DNA of 64,000 nucleotides from positions 10,478,001 to 10,542,000 of the forward strand of contig JBHGNT010000020.1 in assembly GCA_043228905.1 (NCBI GenBank), read 5' to 3'. The notes under the pieces were generated by a model, which worked only from the letters and a program-made list of their open reading frames with translations, had not been told where the DNA came from and ran no database searches. The position numbers and the translations under genes were made by a program. Numbering within the stretch: the stretch's first letter is position 1; each line of letters begins with the position of its first letter. Source of the DNA: Azolla caroliniana (Eukaryota > Plantae > Polypodiophyta). Positions 51,558 to 63,950 of this stretch are shown here, in pieces.

Positions 51558-54500
51558 TTATATTATCGTGTTCGGAGGTCAAATATGACCTATGAGACCA
51601 AAAATATTACATTTCACGTGATACGTGTGAAAGTGAGTAGTGACTCTCGATGTTCAAGAACTTTACCAATGAATGTTGCAATCGAGAGTGCACATTGTGG
51701 TTGTGAGAGGAATTCATGCAAAGATTGGGCTCGATCGAAGAGATGTGGAAAGCATGGTCGATATGATCAAAGGCAGAACATTGTATCAAAGTGTGATACT
51801 CAGACTCGCGAACTTGTTTAGGGCAAAGTGTGCATAGCCGACCACTTTCATCACTTGTGCCCCAACGCCCTAGCTCACATCGCAATGCATGTGAGCTAAG
51901 TCGCATGGAAGCAATGGTTCGAATGGCAGATAACAGTATGGGCTCTACATGTATGGATGTGTACAATTTCCCCGTTCCGCTAAGAATATGGTTTTGTAGT
52001 TAGGTGCAACATGTGTAGTATAATGTTTGAAGCACGAGCCTTCACATTTGTCCCATGTCATGATACATTGGCGTTGCAAAAAGGCCTCATTTACAGAGGA
52101 ATCTAATGATGCATCATGAAGCAAGTGTCTCGCATCCCATCTACCAAACCATTTTTCTATATCTTGCATCCAACCGGAACACAAAATTTTGCTTTTATGA
52201 GTCTTTTGGATCTTTTTGCTTGCTTCCCATGCAATTCTAGGAAGTTGATGTGAGGGGCTTTTTTGAACCTTAAGCATGTATTCAACAACCCTTTCCATGG
52301 CCATGGTCTTAATGGGAAGCGATCCCGTCTCAAGGAGGAGGAGGGTGTAGGGCGTTTGTTTCTTAACTCGTAGAAACTTGGTAAGAAAACGTTTTTGGAC
52401 ATTTTCAAACTCTTTCCACATAGATTTAGGGATGTTACCGCCCCATACTTCCACCCCAAAGAGAAGAACCGGTGTCACCAAAGTGTCGAAAAGATATTTC
52501 TTGAGGACCCAACACTTAATATCTCCAAGATTGCATGTGTTCTCAAATGCATAGTATGCTTGCTTACCCGCCTCTAAGCAGTGTGTAGCACATTCATTCC
52601 ATTTATGATTTGAAGGAACTTCAAGGCCAAGATATTTGAAGCTTTCCACACATTCAAGTGTCTCATTGTTGTACATAATGCATGGTTTATCTCTTTTTTG
52701 GCTCTTCACAAGCATAATCTTTGTTTTAGAGCTCTTGACACTTAATTTAGTATGCATGCAATTTTTTTCCAATGCCTTCATAAGCTTTTGTGCATCTCCT
52801 AAAGTATTTCCAAAAACCACTACATCATCTGCATATAGCAAAAGTATAATCACAACATTCCCAATGGCAACTTCTTCAACACGTTCTTCCTTTGCAAACT
52901 TGGTAACCATTTCTTCCAATTCATCAATGCATAGACCAAATAGTGTTGGTGAGAGTGGGCATCCTTGCTTAACACCAATAGTGCTTTTGAAAAAATCTGA
53001 AAGTTTATCTCTCATGCGCACACAACATATAACCTTCTCATAAATTCGGGAAATTGCAAGGATATATTCACTTGGCACCTCAAGTTCTTCCATTCGCCTC
53101 CAAAGGTGCTCACGAGGTACCATATCAAAAGCTTTCTTGAAGTCTACAAAGCAATAATATAAACCTTTACCTCTAAGGCGACTTTCCTCCATTAATACTC
53201 GAAGGGTGATAAGGTGATCAATGGTGCTATTGTGTTTCCGAAAGCCAGCTTGTCCATAAGCTCTCTTACCACTTTTTTCAGCCCATACACTTATCTTTGA
53301 TTCCATTATACATCCAAATAGTTTTGCCATTAATGAGCCAACCATGATGGTTCGATAGTTGTTTACATTATTTATATCTCCCCCTTTATGTAAAGGTTTG
53401 ATCCAATTTGTAGTCCAATCGTATGGCATACCATGTTGCAATGCATCATTAAACATGTCACTTATCCATATATGTGCTTCCTTTCCCGTCCATTTGACCA
53501 TTTCAGCCTTTATACATTGAATATCACTTGCCTTTCGAGAGGCCAATTTCTTAAGTCCTATGCATATATCTTCAATTGTAAAGAAGGGAGGCATATGTGA
53601 AAGAGAACCATAACACATCATCTTTCCGGCAAGAGATAACTCATATAAATTCTTACAATGAATAGACAAGTCGTGAAGAGTTAAGTCACCATAACTCCCA
53701 ACACATTTCCCCTTTAGATTTCCCCAAATTTTAGCACATGCATGTGCTTTCTCTTGCGTTTGGACAAATTGTTGAGTAATTTCCCATATTCTTCTCTTTC
53801 TTTGAATAAGCCTTTTATACTCATGCAAATGCTTTTGGTAATTCTCTTTATCCTTAACTACATCTAAAACCATAAGGCACTTTCGAGCTTCACGACATTC
53901 TTTATCAAACTATTTTTTTCATACTTTTCTTGGTGCATTTCCAAGATGCGCGGTTGGTTGAAAAACATTTGTTTGCACATGAGAGAATGACTTTCTTGAA
54001 AGCTTCCCATTTGCATTCTAGTGTGGTACCATATTGTATCTTTGTCATTTGTAACATATCCTCAACCATCTTAGAATACATGGGTACTTGCTTAAGGTTC
54101 ATGCTCAAGTGCGGTTGTTTATTATCTTCAATAGCCTTCTCACAATCAAACCTATGCATACATTTGAGATCAATACATAAAGGCCCATGATCGGATTCCG
54201 GTGTCCATTCACCAAGTGAGAATTTATGTATACGATCCAAAATACCTTCAGAAAGTAGCACATAGTCAATCACACTATTTCCGTTGTGTTTTTTACATGT
54301 AAAACCATTAGTGTTGGGCCATAAGGAAATACCATTTGCAATAAGCAATCTGGTACTATTGCACATTTGTAGGAGTAACTTCCCAAATTGGTCCAGATCT
54401 TTTTCATCGCTAGAAGAGCGACTATACATTTGAGATATGTGGCATGAAAGATTCTTGTGAATCAACTTGGAAACTTCTTGTACGAGCATTCATATCACCA

Positions 54501-55202
54501 AAGACAATAACTTCCCCTTTGGATTTGAAATAAGTAATATCATTTTCTAGATTGGCAAACAGTTGATCTTTATCCAAACAAGCATAAAAGTTAGAATCTT
54601 GATGAGGAATGTAACATCCAACTACAAAAGTGGGCAAATCATTAGGCGTTTCTATTTTGAGCCATATGTAGCATTTATTTTTATCATTTTTTATGATTGA
54701 CACATATTTCTCTATTTCCTTCTTAATCAAACATGCCACCCCTCCTTGTCCTCTTCTTTGCCTTGGATTTTTCTTCCATATCAAAGAGTGTACATTATAG
54801 TTTCCTAAACCTTGAATCCTTTGAGTATCATGCTCCCATGTTTCAACAAGGAGTGTGATATCTGAGTCATCGGTGAACTCCTCTATGCCAAATCACGCAT
54901 TCCATGGGTATCCATTGCAATTCCAAAAGCATAGTCGTAAAAGGCGTGGGTTAGTCTCATAGATCACGTGTCCCTATTTGCCTACATTTCCATCTTTAGG
55001 CACATCCTTAACCTTATTTTTCAATCTTTCTTCATATGCTTTACGACGAACATTTTGTTGTGAGATAATACGATCTTCACTCACAAAGCATTGTGTACCT
55101 CTGAGGTATACCCAACTATTTTTGAGTATAATCCGCCACTTTGTATCATCTGTCATTGTGCATACAATAAGCCTTTCTCCGGAGCGAATAACACCATGTT
55201 TC

Positions 55203-58200
55203 TGTTGGGATTACGGTCCCTCCGGATGGGATGTCCGGAGATGAATGACGGCAAGCCCGGTTGCGGTTACGGAACCGGATGATGAAGAGTACCCGGCATG
55301 AAGCCGGATGAAGAGTACCCGGATACGGATCCGGATGATGAAGACCCCGGTTACGGAGCCAGATGATGAAGACCCCAGTTACGGAGACGGATGACGAATG
55401 TACCCGGAGAGAGATCCGGATGCGGGGACATATTTGTAAATATGTTTGCCAAGAGCCCTTGAGGCTATATTTGTAAATAGCCCGAAAGTCATATATGTGT
55501 ATAAATATGACTTAGGGCAAACAGTTTAAATGTAGTTGTTGCTCATTTTTCCATGCGAAGTGAGAGCAGCCGAGAGAGAGAGAGACGAAGAGGTCGCTGC
55601 CTCTGTGTATTACCGCCGCCTGTGGCGAAGACAGTGAGCTCAAGGTTGTTGCCTTGTAGCTTCACCAGTGTACATCCCTGTTCATAGTGATAGTTGGAGT
55701 TTGAGGACTCCCGTGGTTTTTCCCATTTAGGGTTTTCCACGTTAATCCCTGTGTCATCGTGTCTTTCTCTGTGTTTCCTATTTTCTGCTCCTTTGATTCG
55801 CAATTACTCGGTTGTGGCCGAGAGAAGAAGGTAAATCGGGGTGGTCGATTCCCTACAAACTGGTATCAGAGCGACGGTAACACAGAAAATGGAAGGCGGC
55901 AGCAGCGGGCAGCCGGGAATGATGGTGCTGAATGCGCAGAATTACGCCGACTGGAAGATCAAGATGGAGGATCTTCTGATTGTTCGGGACCTGTACGAAC
56001 CGATTGACAGGTCGGAAATACCGAAGGGAGTACTTGAGTCGGAGTGGAAGCTCCTGAACCGGAAAGCCGTAGCGACGATCCGACAATATGTCGATGTAAG
56101 CGTCCTACAACATGTGGCGAATGACACCAACGCATATGAGATGTGGAAGAAGCTGTCGGGCCTCTACGAGAGGAAGAATGCGTTGAACCGGACCTCCCTG
56201 ATGAGGAAGATTGTGAATCTCAAGTACCGGGACGGCGAGAGTATGGTGGAACACGTAAGCACGTTCATGGGATTCGTGAACCAGCTTGCGGCGATCAAGT
56301 TCCCGTTGGAGGATGCAATGCAAGCCATCATCCTGATGTGTACATTGCCGGACAGCTGGGAGAACTTGGTGGTGACTCTCAGCACCTCCTGCACGGAAGA
56401 CAACTTGTCCCTACAAACGGTAAAGACAAGTATTTTGAACGAAGAAGCGCGTCGGAGAGATAAAGAACCGGCCTCCGACTCGAAGGCGCTGCTTACCGAA
56501 TCGGAACGGGGAAGACACTGGAACCGGAGTCCGCAAAGACGGGAGAAGTCGGGGACCCGGTCGCAGTCAAGAGGAAGACCCACCTGCTTCCACTGTGGGA
56601 AACCGGGGCACTTCCGAAAGAATTGTCGGCATTACCGAAAAGACAACGGAGCCGACGACACCGATTCGAAGAAGTCACCGGAGAGAAACGGTGCATACCG
56701 GGGAGCCACGGACCGGAGAGGTTCGGATCGGCGAGGGCAGGACCGGAAAGGAACGACGGCACTCGCGGCAAGTGAGGAAGAGATCATGCTCATCACCGAA
56801 GAAGGTGAACTAAACATTGCCGGCGATGAGACGACCTGGGTGGTCGATTCCGGAGCATCGTTCCACCTGACCCCGGAGAGAAGATACTTCTCATCCTACA
56901 CAGCCGGCGAGCATGGCTGTGTTCGGATGGGAAATGAAGGTACATGCCGGATTGCCGGCATAGGAGACGTGTGGCTGATGACATCAACCGGATGCAAGAT
57001 GCTGCTGAAGGATGTTCGACACGTTCCGGAGGTCCGATTGAACCTGATCTCGGCCGGGAGGCTAGACGATGAAGGCTACACGGGCAGCATCCGGAACGGT
57101 GTCATGAAGTTCAGCAAAGGGAGCCTGATAGTGGCTCGGGCCCGGAAGGTCAACACACTATACCTGATGAATTCCCGGCTATGTCCGGAGGAGCTGAACG
57201 TGGCAGCCGACACTGCCGGTGAGCTGTGGCACAAGAGACTGTGCCACATGAGCGAGAAGGGGATGAAGAGGCTTGCAGAAGACAACCTCATTCCAGTGAA
57301 GCATGTGCATCTGGAGAAGTGCACCGATTGCCTGGCCGGTAAGCAGAACCGAGCCTCCTTCCACTCAAGGCCACCGACGAGACGTAGCGCACCATTGGAG
57401 TTGGTGCACACTGATGTGTGTCAAGTAGAAACGAAGTCACATGGCGGAGCCCAGTACTTCGTGACATTCATTGATGACCACAGCCGGAAGCTGTGGACGG
57501 CACCGTTGAAGACAAAGGACCAACTATTGTCCGTCTTCAAAGAACTCCACGCGAGAGTGGAAAGAGAATCCGGCAAGAAGCTCAAAGCGATACGAGCGGA
57601 TAACGGAGGGGAATACCGGGGGCAGTTCACGGAGTACTGTCGCTCGAAAGGAATCCGGCTCGAGTTTACTGTGCCGAAGACGCCGTAACTGAACGGGCTG
57701 GCCAAGAGGATGAACCGGACCATAATGGAGAGGGTCCGGAGTATGCTGGCGCATGCGAAATTACACAAGGGGTTTTGGGCTGAGGCAATGTCGACGGCGA
57801 CATACGTGATAAACAGATCACCCTCAGTACCTTTGGACGGAGACACGCCGCAGAAAGTGTGGACCGGTAAGTGTCCTACCGGCATCTGAAGGTGTTCGGG
57901 TGTCTCGCATACGTGCATGTGGCAAAGGACCGGAGAGGAAAGTTAGATCCAAAGACCCGGCCATGCATATTCCTCGGTTACGGCGACGACGAGTTCGGCT
58001 ACCGAGTATGGGACCCGGTCGACAAGAAGATATTCAGGAGTCGAGATATCATCTTCATGGAGGACAAGACACTCGCCGATTGGGAGTCGGAGAAGAAGAT
58101 GAAGAGCTCCAAGTCGACCGGTGAGGATAAACTCTACGAGGAGCAGTCCCGACCGGCAAGGGACCGGTTAGCACTCGAGGATCCGGCCGAAGACGGTGAA

Positions 58201-60595
58201 GAAACAGAACCGGCCGAAGAAGATGAAAATGATACCGGAACCGGCCCCGATCCCGAAATGGATTCGGATGAAGAAGAATCGGAGGAACCGGTTACCGAAG
58301 CCCCGGAACGGAGATATCCTCTGAGAGAGAGAAGGGCCCCCCGGAGATTTCCGGAACCAGAGCACGTGCTGCTAACCGACGAGGGGGAGCCGGAGAGCTT
58401 TGAAGAAGCAAAGCACGACACCCAGAGGCGCAGGTGGTTGAGTGCCATGCAGGACGAGATGGATTCCCTGCATGAGAACCACACATATGAACTTGTGGAG
58501 TTGCCGAAAGGAAAGCGGGCACTTCGAAACAAGTGGGTGTTCAAGCTGAAACCGGGAGATGCCGGAAACCCCCCGAGATACAAAGCCAGGATCGTGGTGA
58601 AGGGGTTTCAGCAAAAGAAGGGCGTCGACTTCGATGAGATATTTGCCCCGGTAGTAAAGATGACCTCCATCCGGACGGTGCTGAGCATAGCGGCAAGCAT
58701 GGACCTCGAAGTAGAACAGATGGACGTGAAGACGGCATTCCTTCACGGTGACCTCGATGAAGAGATCTACATGCAGCAACGGGAAGGATTCGAGAAGAAA
58801 GGGAAGGAGCACCTGGTATGCCGGTTGAAGAAGAGCCTTTACGGACTGAAGCAGGCTCCCCGGCAATGGTACCGGAAGTTCGACTCCTTCATGACCGACG
58901 AAGGGTACCTCAAAACGCAGTCCGACCACTGCGTGTTTGTGAAGAAGTTCGAAGGAGGAGACTCTCTAATACTCCTCCTGTACGTGGACGACATGTTGAT
59001 CGTCGGACGGGACCAGGTCAAGATACGGATGCTGAAGAAGGCTCTTCACCGAACCTTCTCAATGAAGGACCTGGGTCCGGCGAGGCAAATACTGGGGATG
59101 CACATCATCCGGGACCGGAGCAAAAAGCAGTTGTGGCTGTCACAGGAGAAGTACGTGACAAAGGTGCTTAAACGGTTCAACATGTCGGAAGCAAGACCGG
59201 TCGGATCGACCCTCCCGGCAAACTGCAAGCTGTCCAGCAAGCAAAGTCCCAAGACAAAGGCTGAAAAGGAGGATATGATGAAAGTGCCGTATGCCTCAGC
59301 CGTCGGGAGCTTGATGTACGCCATGGTGTGTACGAGACCGGACATAGGATATGCAGTCGGAGTGGTGAGCCGGTACATGAGCAATCCCGGCAAAGAGCAT
59401 TGGAACGCGGTCAAGTGGATACTCCGATACCTGAAGGGCACGGCAAACGTGTGCCTCCGATTCGGCTCCGGAAAGCCCGAACTCGACGGCTTTACCGATT
59501 CGGATATGTCGGCTGATGCAGATACCAGCCGGTCCACATCAGGGTATGTGATGACGTATGCAGGTGGAGGTGTTTCGTGGCAGTCGAGGCTGCAGAAGAC
59601 GGTTGCGCTGTCAACCACGGAGGCGGAGTACATGGCGGCTGTTGAAGCCGGCAAGGAAATAATATGGATGAAGGACTTCATTAGAGAGCTCGGTATCCGG
59701 CAAGAGGAGTACCGACTCTACTGCGACAGTCAGAGTGCCATCCACCTTGCGAAGAACGCGGCTTATCACTCCCGGACGAAGCACATCCAGCGAAGATATC
59801 ACTGGATCCGGGAAAGGATAGAAGACAAGGAGTTCGTGCTGACGAAGGTCCACACGGACGAGAACGGGTCGGATATGCTGACCAAGGTGCTCACATCCGA
59901 CAAGCTGGAAGCATGCCGGAAGAGGATCGGATTGGAGAGACATCCCATGCCGAAGTGAAGGGGGAGTTTGTTGGGATTACGGTCCCTCCGGATGGGATGT
60001 CCGGAGATGAATGACGGCAAGCCCGGTTGCGGTTACGGAACCGGATGATGAAGAGTACCCGGCATGAAGCCAGATGAAGAGTACCCGGATACGGATCCGG
60101 ATGATGAAGACCCCGGTTACGGAGACGGATGACGAATGTACCCGGAGAGAGATCCGGATGCGGGGACATATTTGTAAATATGTTTGCCAAGAGCCCTTGA
60201 GGCTATATTTGTAAATAGCCCGAAAGTCATATATGTGTATAAATATGACTTAGGGCAAACAGTTTAAACGTTGTTGTTGCTCATTTTTCCATGCGAAGTG
60301 AGAGCAACCGAGAGAGAGAGAGACGAAGAGGTCGCTGCCTCTGTGTATTACCGCCGCCTGTGGCGAAGACAGTGAGCTCAAGGTTGTTGCCTTGTAGCTT
60401 CACCAGTGTACATCCCTGTTCATAGTGATAGTTGGAGTTTGAGGACTCCCGTGGTTTTTCCCATTTAGGGTTTTCCACGTTAATCCCTGTGTCATCGTGT
60501 CTTTCTCTGTGTTTCCTATTTTCTGCTCCTTTGATTCGCAATTACTCGGTTGTGGCCGAGAGAAGAAGGTAAATCGGGGTGGTCGATTCCCTACA
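55203..60595 (+). mobile_element. Full-length Ty1/Copia element of the same family as 34289-39902, inserted in LINE ORF1
   Basis: LTRs at 55203-55857 (655 bp) and 59969-60595 (627 bp); TSD GTTTC; PBS TGGTATCAGAGC at 55861; PPT at 59957-59968. Confidence 0.97.
55889..59958 (+). pseudogene. Disrupted Copia gag-pol
   Basis: Near-identical to the 39123-35047 protein, but with a TAA stop at 57686-57688 and a 4-bp deletion at about 57870 in the integrase. Confidence 0.9.
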
Positions 60596-61537
60596 GTTTC
60601 CCAACTCGGTGTGCCCTATATACATTCACATCTGACATCCCATAATGCATGTTAAAAAATTCACCATTGGCCTTTCCAAGGGATGCGGGTGTTTCCATAC
60701 TCTCTTCTTTAATCCCACGAACGACAATGTTCTTTGATCGTCGTTCACGTTCTTTCAATTCTTGGACATCTATGCTTTCTATATTCTTCTCTTGATGCAT
60801 CACATGCATATTAGATGAGTTTGATTGCACATCCCCACCACATACATCGGCCCATGACTTCGTTGTACATACATTTTTCATCTCACTTACATCCCACCTC
60901 ATCGTGTCCAAATTTTCTTCTTTTAATGCTTCCTTTAACTCAATCTTGTTAAGGCGCTCATTTGTTTCCAAAGAAGCTCTTTTACATTCTTGAATCTCTT
61001 CTTGATGTTTTGCAACCACATGTTTAAGACTTTCATTCTCAATGACAACACTTTGGAGCTTAGCATTCTCTTTCATTAATGTCCTAATCTCTTCACCTTG
61101 CTTGTTTATGGTTTGTTGAAGAGAAATCAAGTGACTCATAAGCGTTTTGTCCATTGCATTAGAATCGAGATTTGTTGGTGATCTCAGCTCATTATCAATC
61201 ATACCCCCGAACTTTGCGGCGGCTTTACGAGTATTTGCCATTGTAGGGACAAACCCTACGGGAAGAGAGAGACAGAGAGGGAAGGAGAGAGAATGTACCT
61301 TTCACTCGATTTAGGGCTTCAAAATCTACCTTCCGTTTGAGGAACCGTGGGGCAAAGATGACTGCGGATGAAAATGCTCATAACTTCTCGCCACGGTAAC
61401 GGAATTCAGTAAATGAACATTCGTTAGAAAGCTCTCTTAAAGAGGTTTTCAATGAGCTATAAAACGTAGAAAACGATGGTCGGAGTGAACATACAGAGAG
61501 CTTTGAGAGAGAGAGAGAGAGAGAGAGAGAGTCGAGA

Positions 61538-61607
61538 TGAATGTAGCTCAGTTGGTAAGGTTGCCTAATGGAGACCAGGTGTTCATGGGTTCAACCCCTA
61601 CATTCCA
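61538..61607 (+). other. tRNA-derived (tRNA-Ala-like) Pol III unit inside the LTR; partial copies at 51315-51367 and 61688-61708
   Basis: A box TAGCTCAGTTGG at 61544-61555; B box GGTTCAACCC at 61588-61597; terminal complementarity GAATGTAG/CTACATTC followed by CA; no credible anticodon arm. Confidence 0.7.
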
Positions 61608-62224
61608 CAGTGGCATCTAGTGAATTAAGAGATATATATGGAGTATATAATACAGAGGTGAGTAAAATTGGGTTTCGAAGCCGAGATGGATGTAGCTCAG
61701 TTGGTAAGCGGAAGAGATGTGAGTTATGTGTGTGTGTAAGAGAGAGAGAGAGAGAGAGAGAGGATACACAAGGTAAAAGTATATTGACAAAGGAGAAAGA
61801 CTCAACATTATACAAGGTGGGAGGATGGTGCTTTATGTAGTCACCCTCTCTCTTCATTAACTATAAGCCTCATGGAGCATGGGGAATGTGAAAGCTCATA
61901 AGTTATGTGTCATAGAATATGATTTTATGACTCATACTAAATGCTAGAATACAAAGTGGTGACATAATGGTGACCGTTGGAGTGTCTCTTCACTCTCAAG
62001 GTGAGTTCACACACTAGACCAAGTTGAGCTTGATTCTCAACACGCCCCCTCAAGCTCAAGCCGGGTCGGTTTCAGACGGTATCCGAAATCCGCTTCAACT
62101 CGCGTTCCGGAGTCCGCATCGACTCGCGTCGGCTCGCTTTATGCGGAGTTGCGGAATATGTGCTCCGGCTTGCGTTGTGCGTAGTTACGAAGTATGTGCT
62201 TCGGCTTGCGTCTTTCTTTGCGGC

Positions 62225-63950
62225 TGTCAGGAACAATACTGAGACAGAGAAGGAATTAGTACTAAACGAAGGATTAGTACTATGAGAGGTGTAGAACTTC
62301 TTCAAGAGAAGGAAGGAGTGAGCGAGACAGAGAGAAAGAGAGAGATCGAGAGAGAGAGAGAGTGATGATAAGAAAGATATGTATTATATGAAGAGAATAT
62401 ACAATGGTGGCTAAAAGGCTTAAGATTGGCGTTGAACCAATTTGGTTCAACATAATGCCTAGTGCCCTCTTTTATAGTGTTTTCAGGAGTAATCCTGAAG
62501 CTTCTAGAATGTTCCAGAGAAATCTGGAATATACACTAATTTCCTATAATAAAATGTAAATGAAAATAATATCCTACGTATTACAATAGATGGTCTAATG
62601 GTCAAGAGCTCAACCCATATAACCTAAGAAGGTCATGGGTTCGAGTCTTGCCATATCATGACACTATCCCCCCTTTAAAATGACGAGTGTCACGAGTCGT
62701 CTTGGATTGAGGACCCGGTTTGTGTGGATATTGACATTGGAAGTCTTCAAGAAGAGCACGAGCATTGGTCACATTCTCGATCGGTTCCCAAGTACATTCG
62801 TTGGGACTATAGCCTAGCCAATCGACTAGATAGTAGAGCTTGTTGTGAACAATCTTGGAATCAAGGATGGCGGCAACCTTGTACTCCGGCCCATCTTCAA
62901 GCTCGAGCAGGGGTGGAGGTTGGATAAGACGTCCTGGGATGGTGCTCTCGTGGTAGGGTTCGAGGAGAGAACTATGAAACACCGGATGTATCCGAAGTTG
63001 AGGAGGTAGATCGAGACGAAAACCGACATCATTAATTTGTCCAATAATACGGAAAGGACCTAATCGCCGATAATCCAACTTCTCACATGGGCGAGTAGTC
63101 TTGATGTGTCGTCGTAGCAGCCACACCCGATCTCCAATGTTAAAACTGGATGGAAGTCGATGACGATCCGCATAGACCTTGTGTGTTTGTTGAGCTTGCT
63201 GGAGATGAGTAGATAAATCCGCTTGTATCTTGCGTAACCGCTCCAAACGATCCTCCGCGCACGGATTTGTGGACACCTCTGGTGTTTCAAGTACACTCCA
63301 CCGGGGGTGACATCCCGTATAAGCATAAAATGGCGTAACTTTAGTGGATGCGTGGATAGAGTTGTTATAGGCAAATTCGGCGAAGTGGAGAATATCTGCC
63401 TAGTCGTCCTGATGATAACTGAGAAAGCACCGCAGATACTGCTCCAACGTTTGATTTGTTTGTTCAGCTTGGCTGTCGGTTTGTGGGTGGTAGCCGGAGG
63501 AGAGGTTACAAGAGACCTTGAGCATGTTAAAAAGGTGCTTCCAGAATTTTGACACGAACTGGGGTCCACGGTCGCTGATGATACTATCGGGAAGTCCATG
63601 ATGTCGACATACTTCACGCATGACAATTTCGGCAATGTCTTCACTGGAGATCTCCTTAGTACATGGCAAGAAATGAGCCATCTTCGTGTATCGATCGACC
63701 ACCGTTAGAATCGCATTGAACCCCTTAGAGACTAGAAGATTTATGATGAAGTCTAGAGCAATGGATTGCCACGGCTTACTTGGAATTGGTAATGGTTCTA
63801 ATAAACCATATGGATGATGCCTTGGCATTTTCGCTCTGCAACATGTATCACAAGTCCGAACAAAATCCTCGACAAATTGTCGCATACAGGGCCACCAGAA
63901 TGATCGTTGTACTAAATGTAATGTTTTAGTACTACCAAAATGCCCAGGTG
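62225..63950 (-). mobile_element. Ty3/Gypsy chromovirus (Tcn1-like): 3' LTR 62225-62663, PPT, and integrase plus chromodomain with stops
   Basis: LTR TGTCA..TGACA; PPT AAAGGGGGGATAG; GHFG..K, CDTC, VVDRYTKMAHF, SDRGPQF, GYHPQTD, GPF/HPVFH; chromodomain EYKVAAILDS..YYLVDWLGY..TWEP. Confidence 0.92.
62586..62655 (+). other. tRNA-derived A/B-box unit inside the Gypsy LTR
   Basis: A box TGGTCTAATGG at 62591-62601; B box GGTTCGAGTC at 62638-62647; tRNA-like spacing; ATAACC..AGGTC in between resembles tRNA-Met. Confidence 0.6.

Larger units (their letters stand above)
51553..61504 (-). mobile_element. Full-length two-ORF LINE (RTEX-like, family B) inserted in a (GA)n tract; ORF1 interrupted by a Copia element
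   Basis: ORF1 at 61241-60596 plus 55197-54974 rejoins in frame (RVGK|HGVIR, 289 aa, coiled coil). ORF2 at about 54960-51607 has an APE domain (FWNCNG, LVETW, GQGGVA, FGDMNAR, SVIDY, SDH), RT (YADD) and CCHC (LCTLC..ESEYHTLIQC), with frameshifts and stops. (GA)n lies on both flanks. Confidence 0.9.
51141..62042 (-). mobile_element. 3' LTR (about 0.9 kb net) of a Copia-type element, split by a LINE insertion; pieces about 51141-51525 and 61531-62042
   Basis: Minus-strand PPT-LTR junction CTTGAGGGGGCG|TGTTGAGAATC at 62054-62032; matching opposite terminus TGTTGACAAT at 51141; the same internal tRNA-like unit occurs on both sides of the LINE. The left boundary is inferred. Confidence 0.6.

Noticed and set aside
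61538-61607. Functional tRNA gene
   Set aside because: No proper anticodon stem-loop and embedded in repeat sequence; treated as tRNA-derived. The same applies to 62586-62655.
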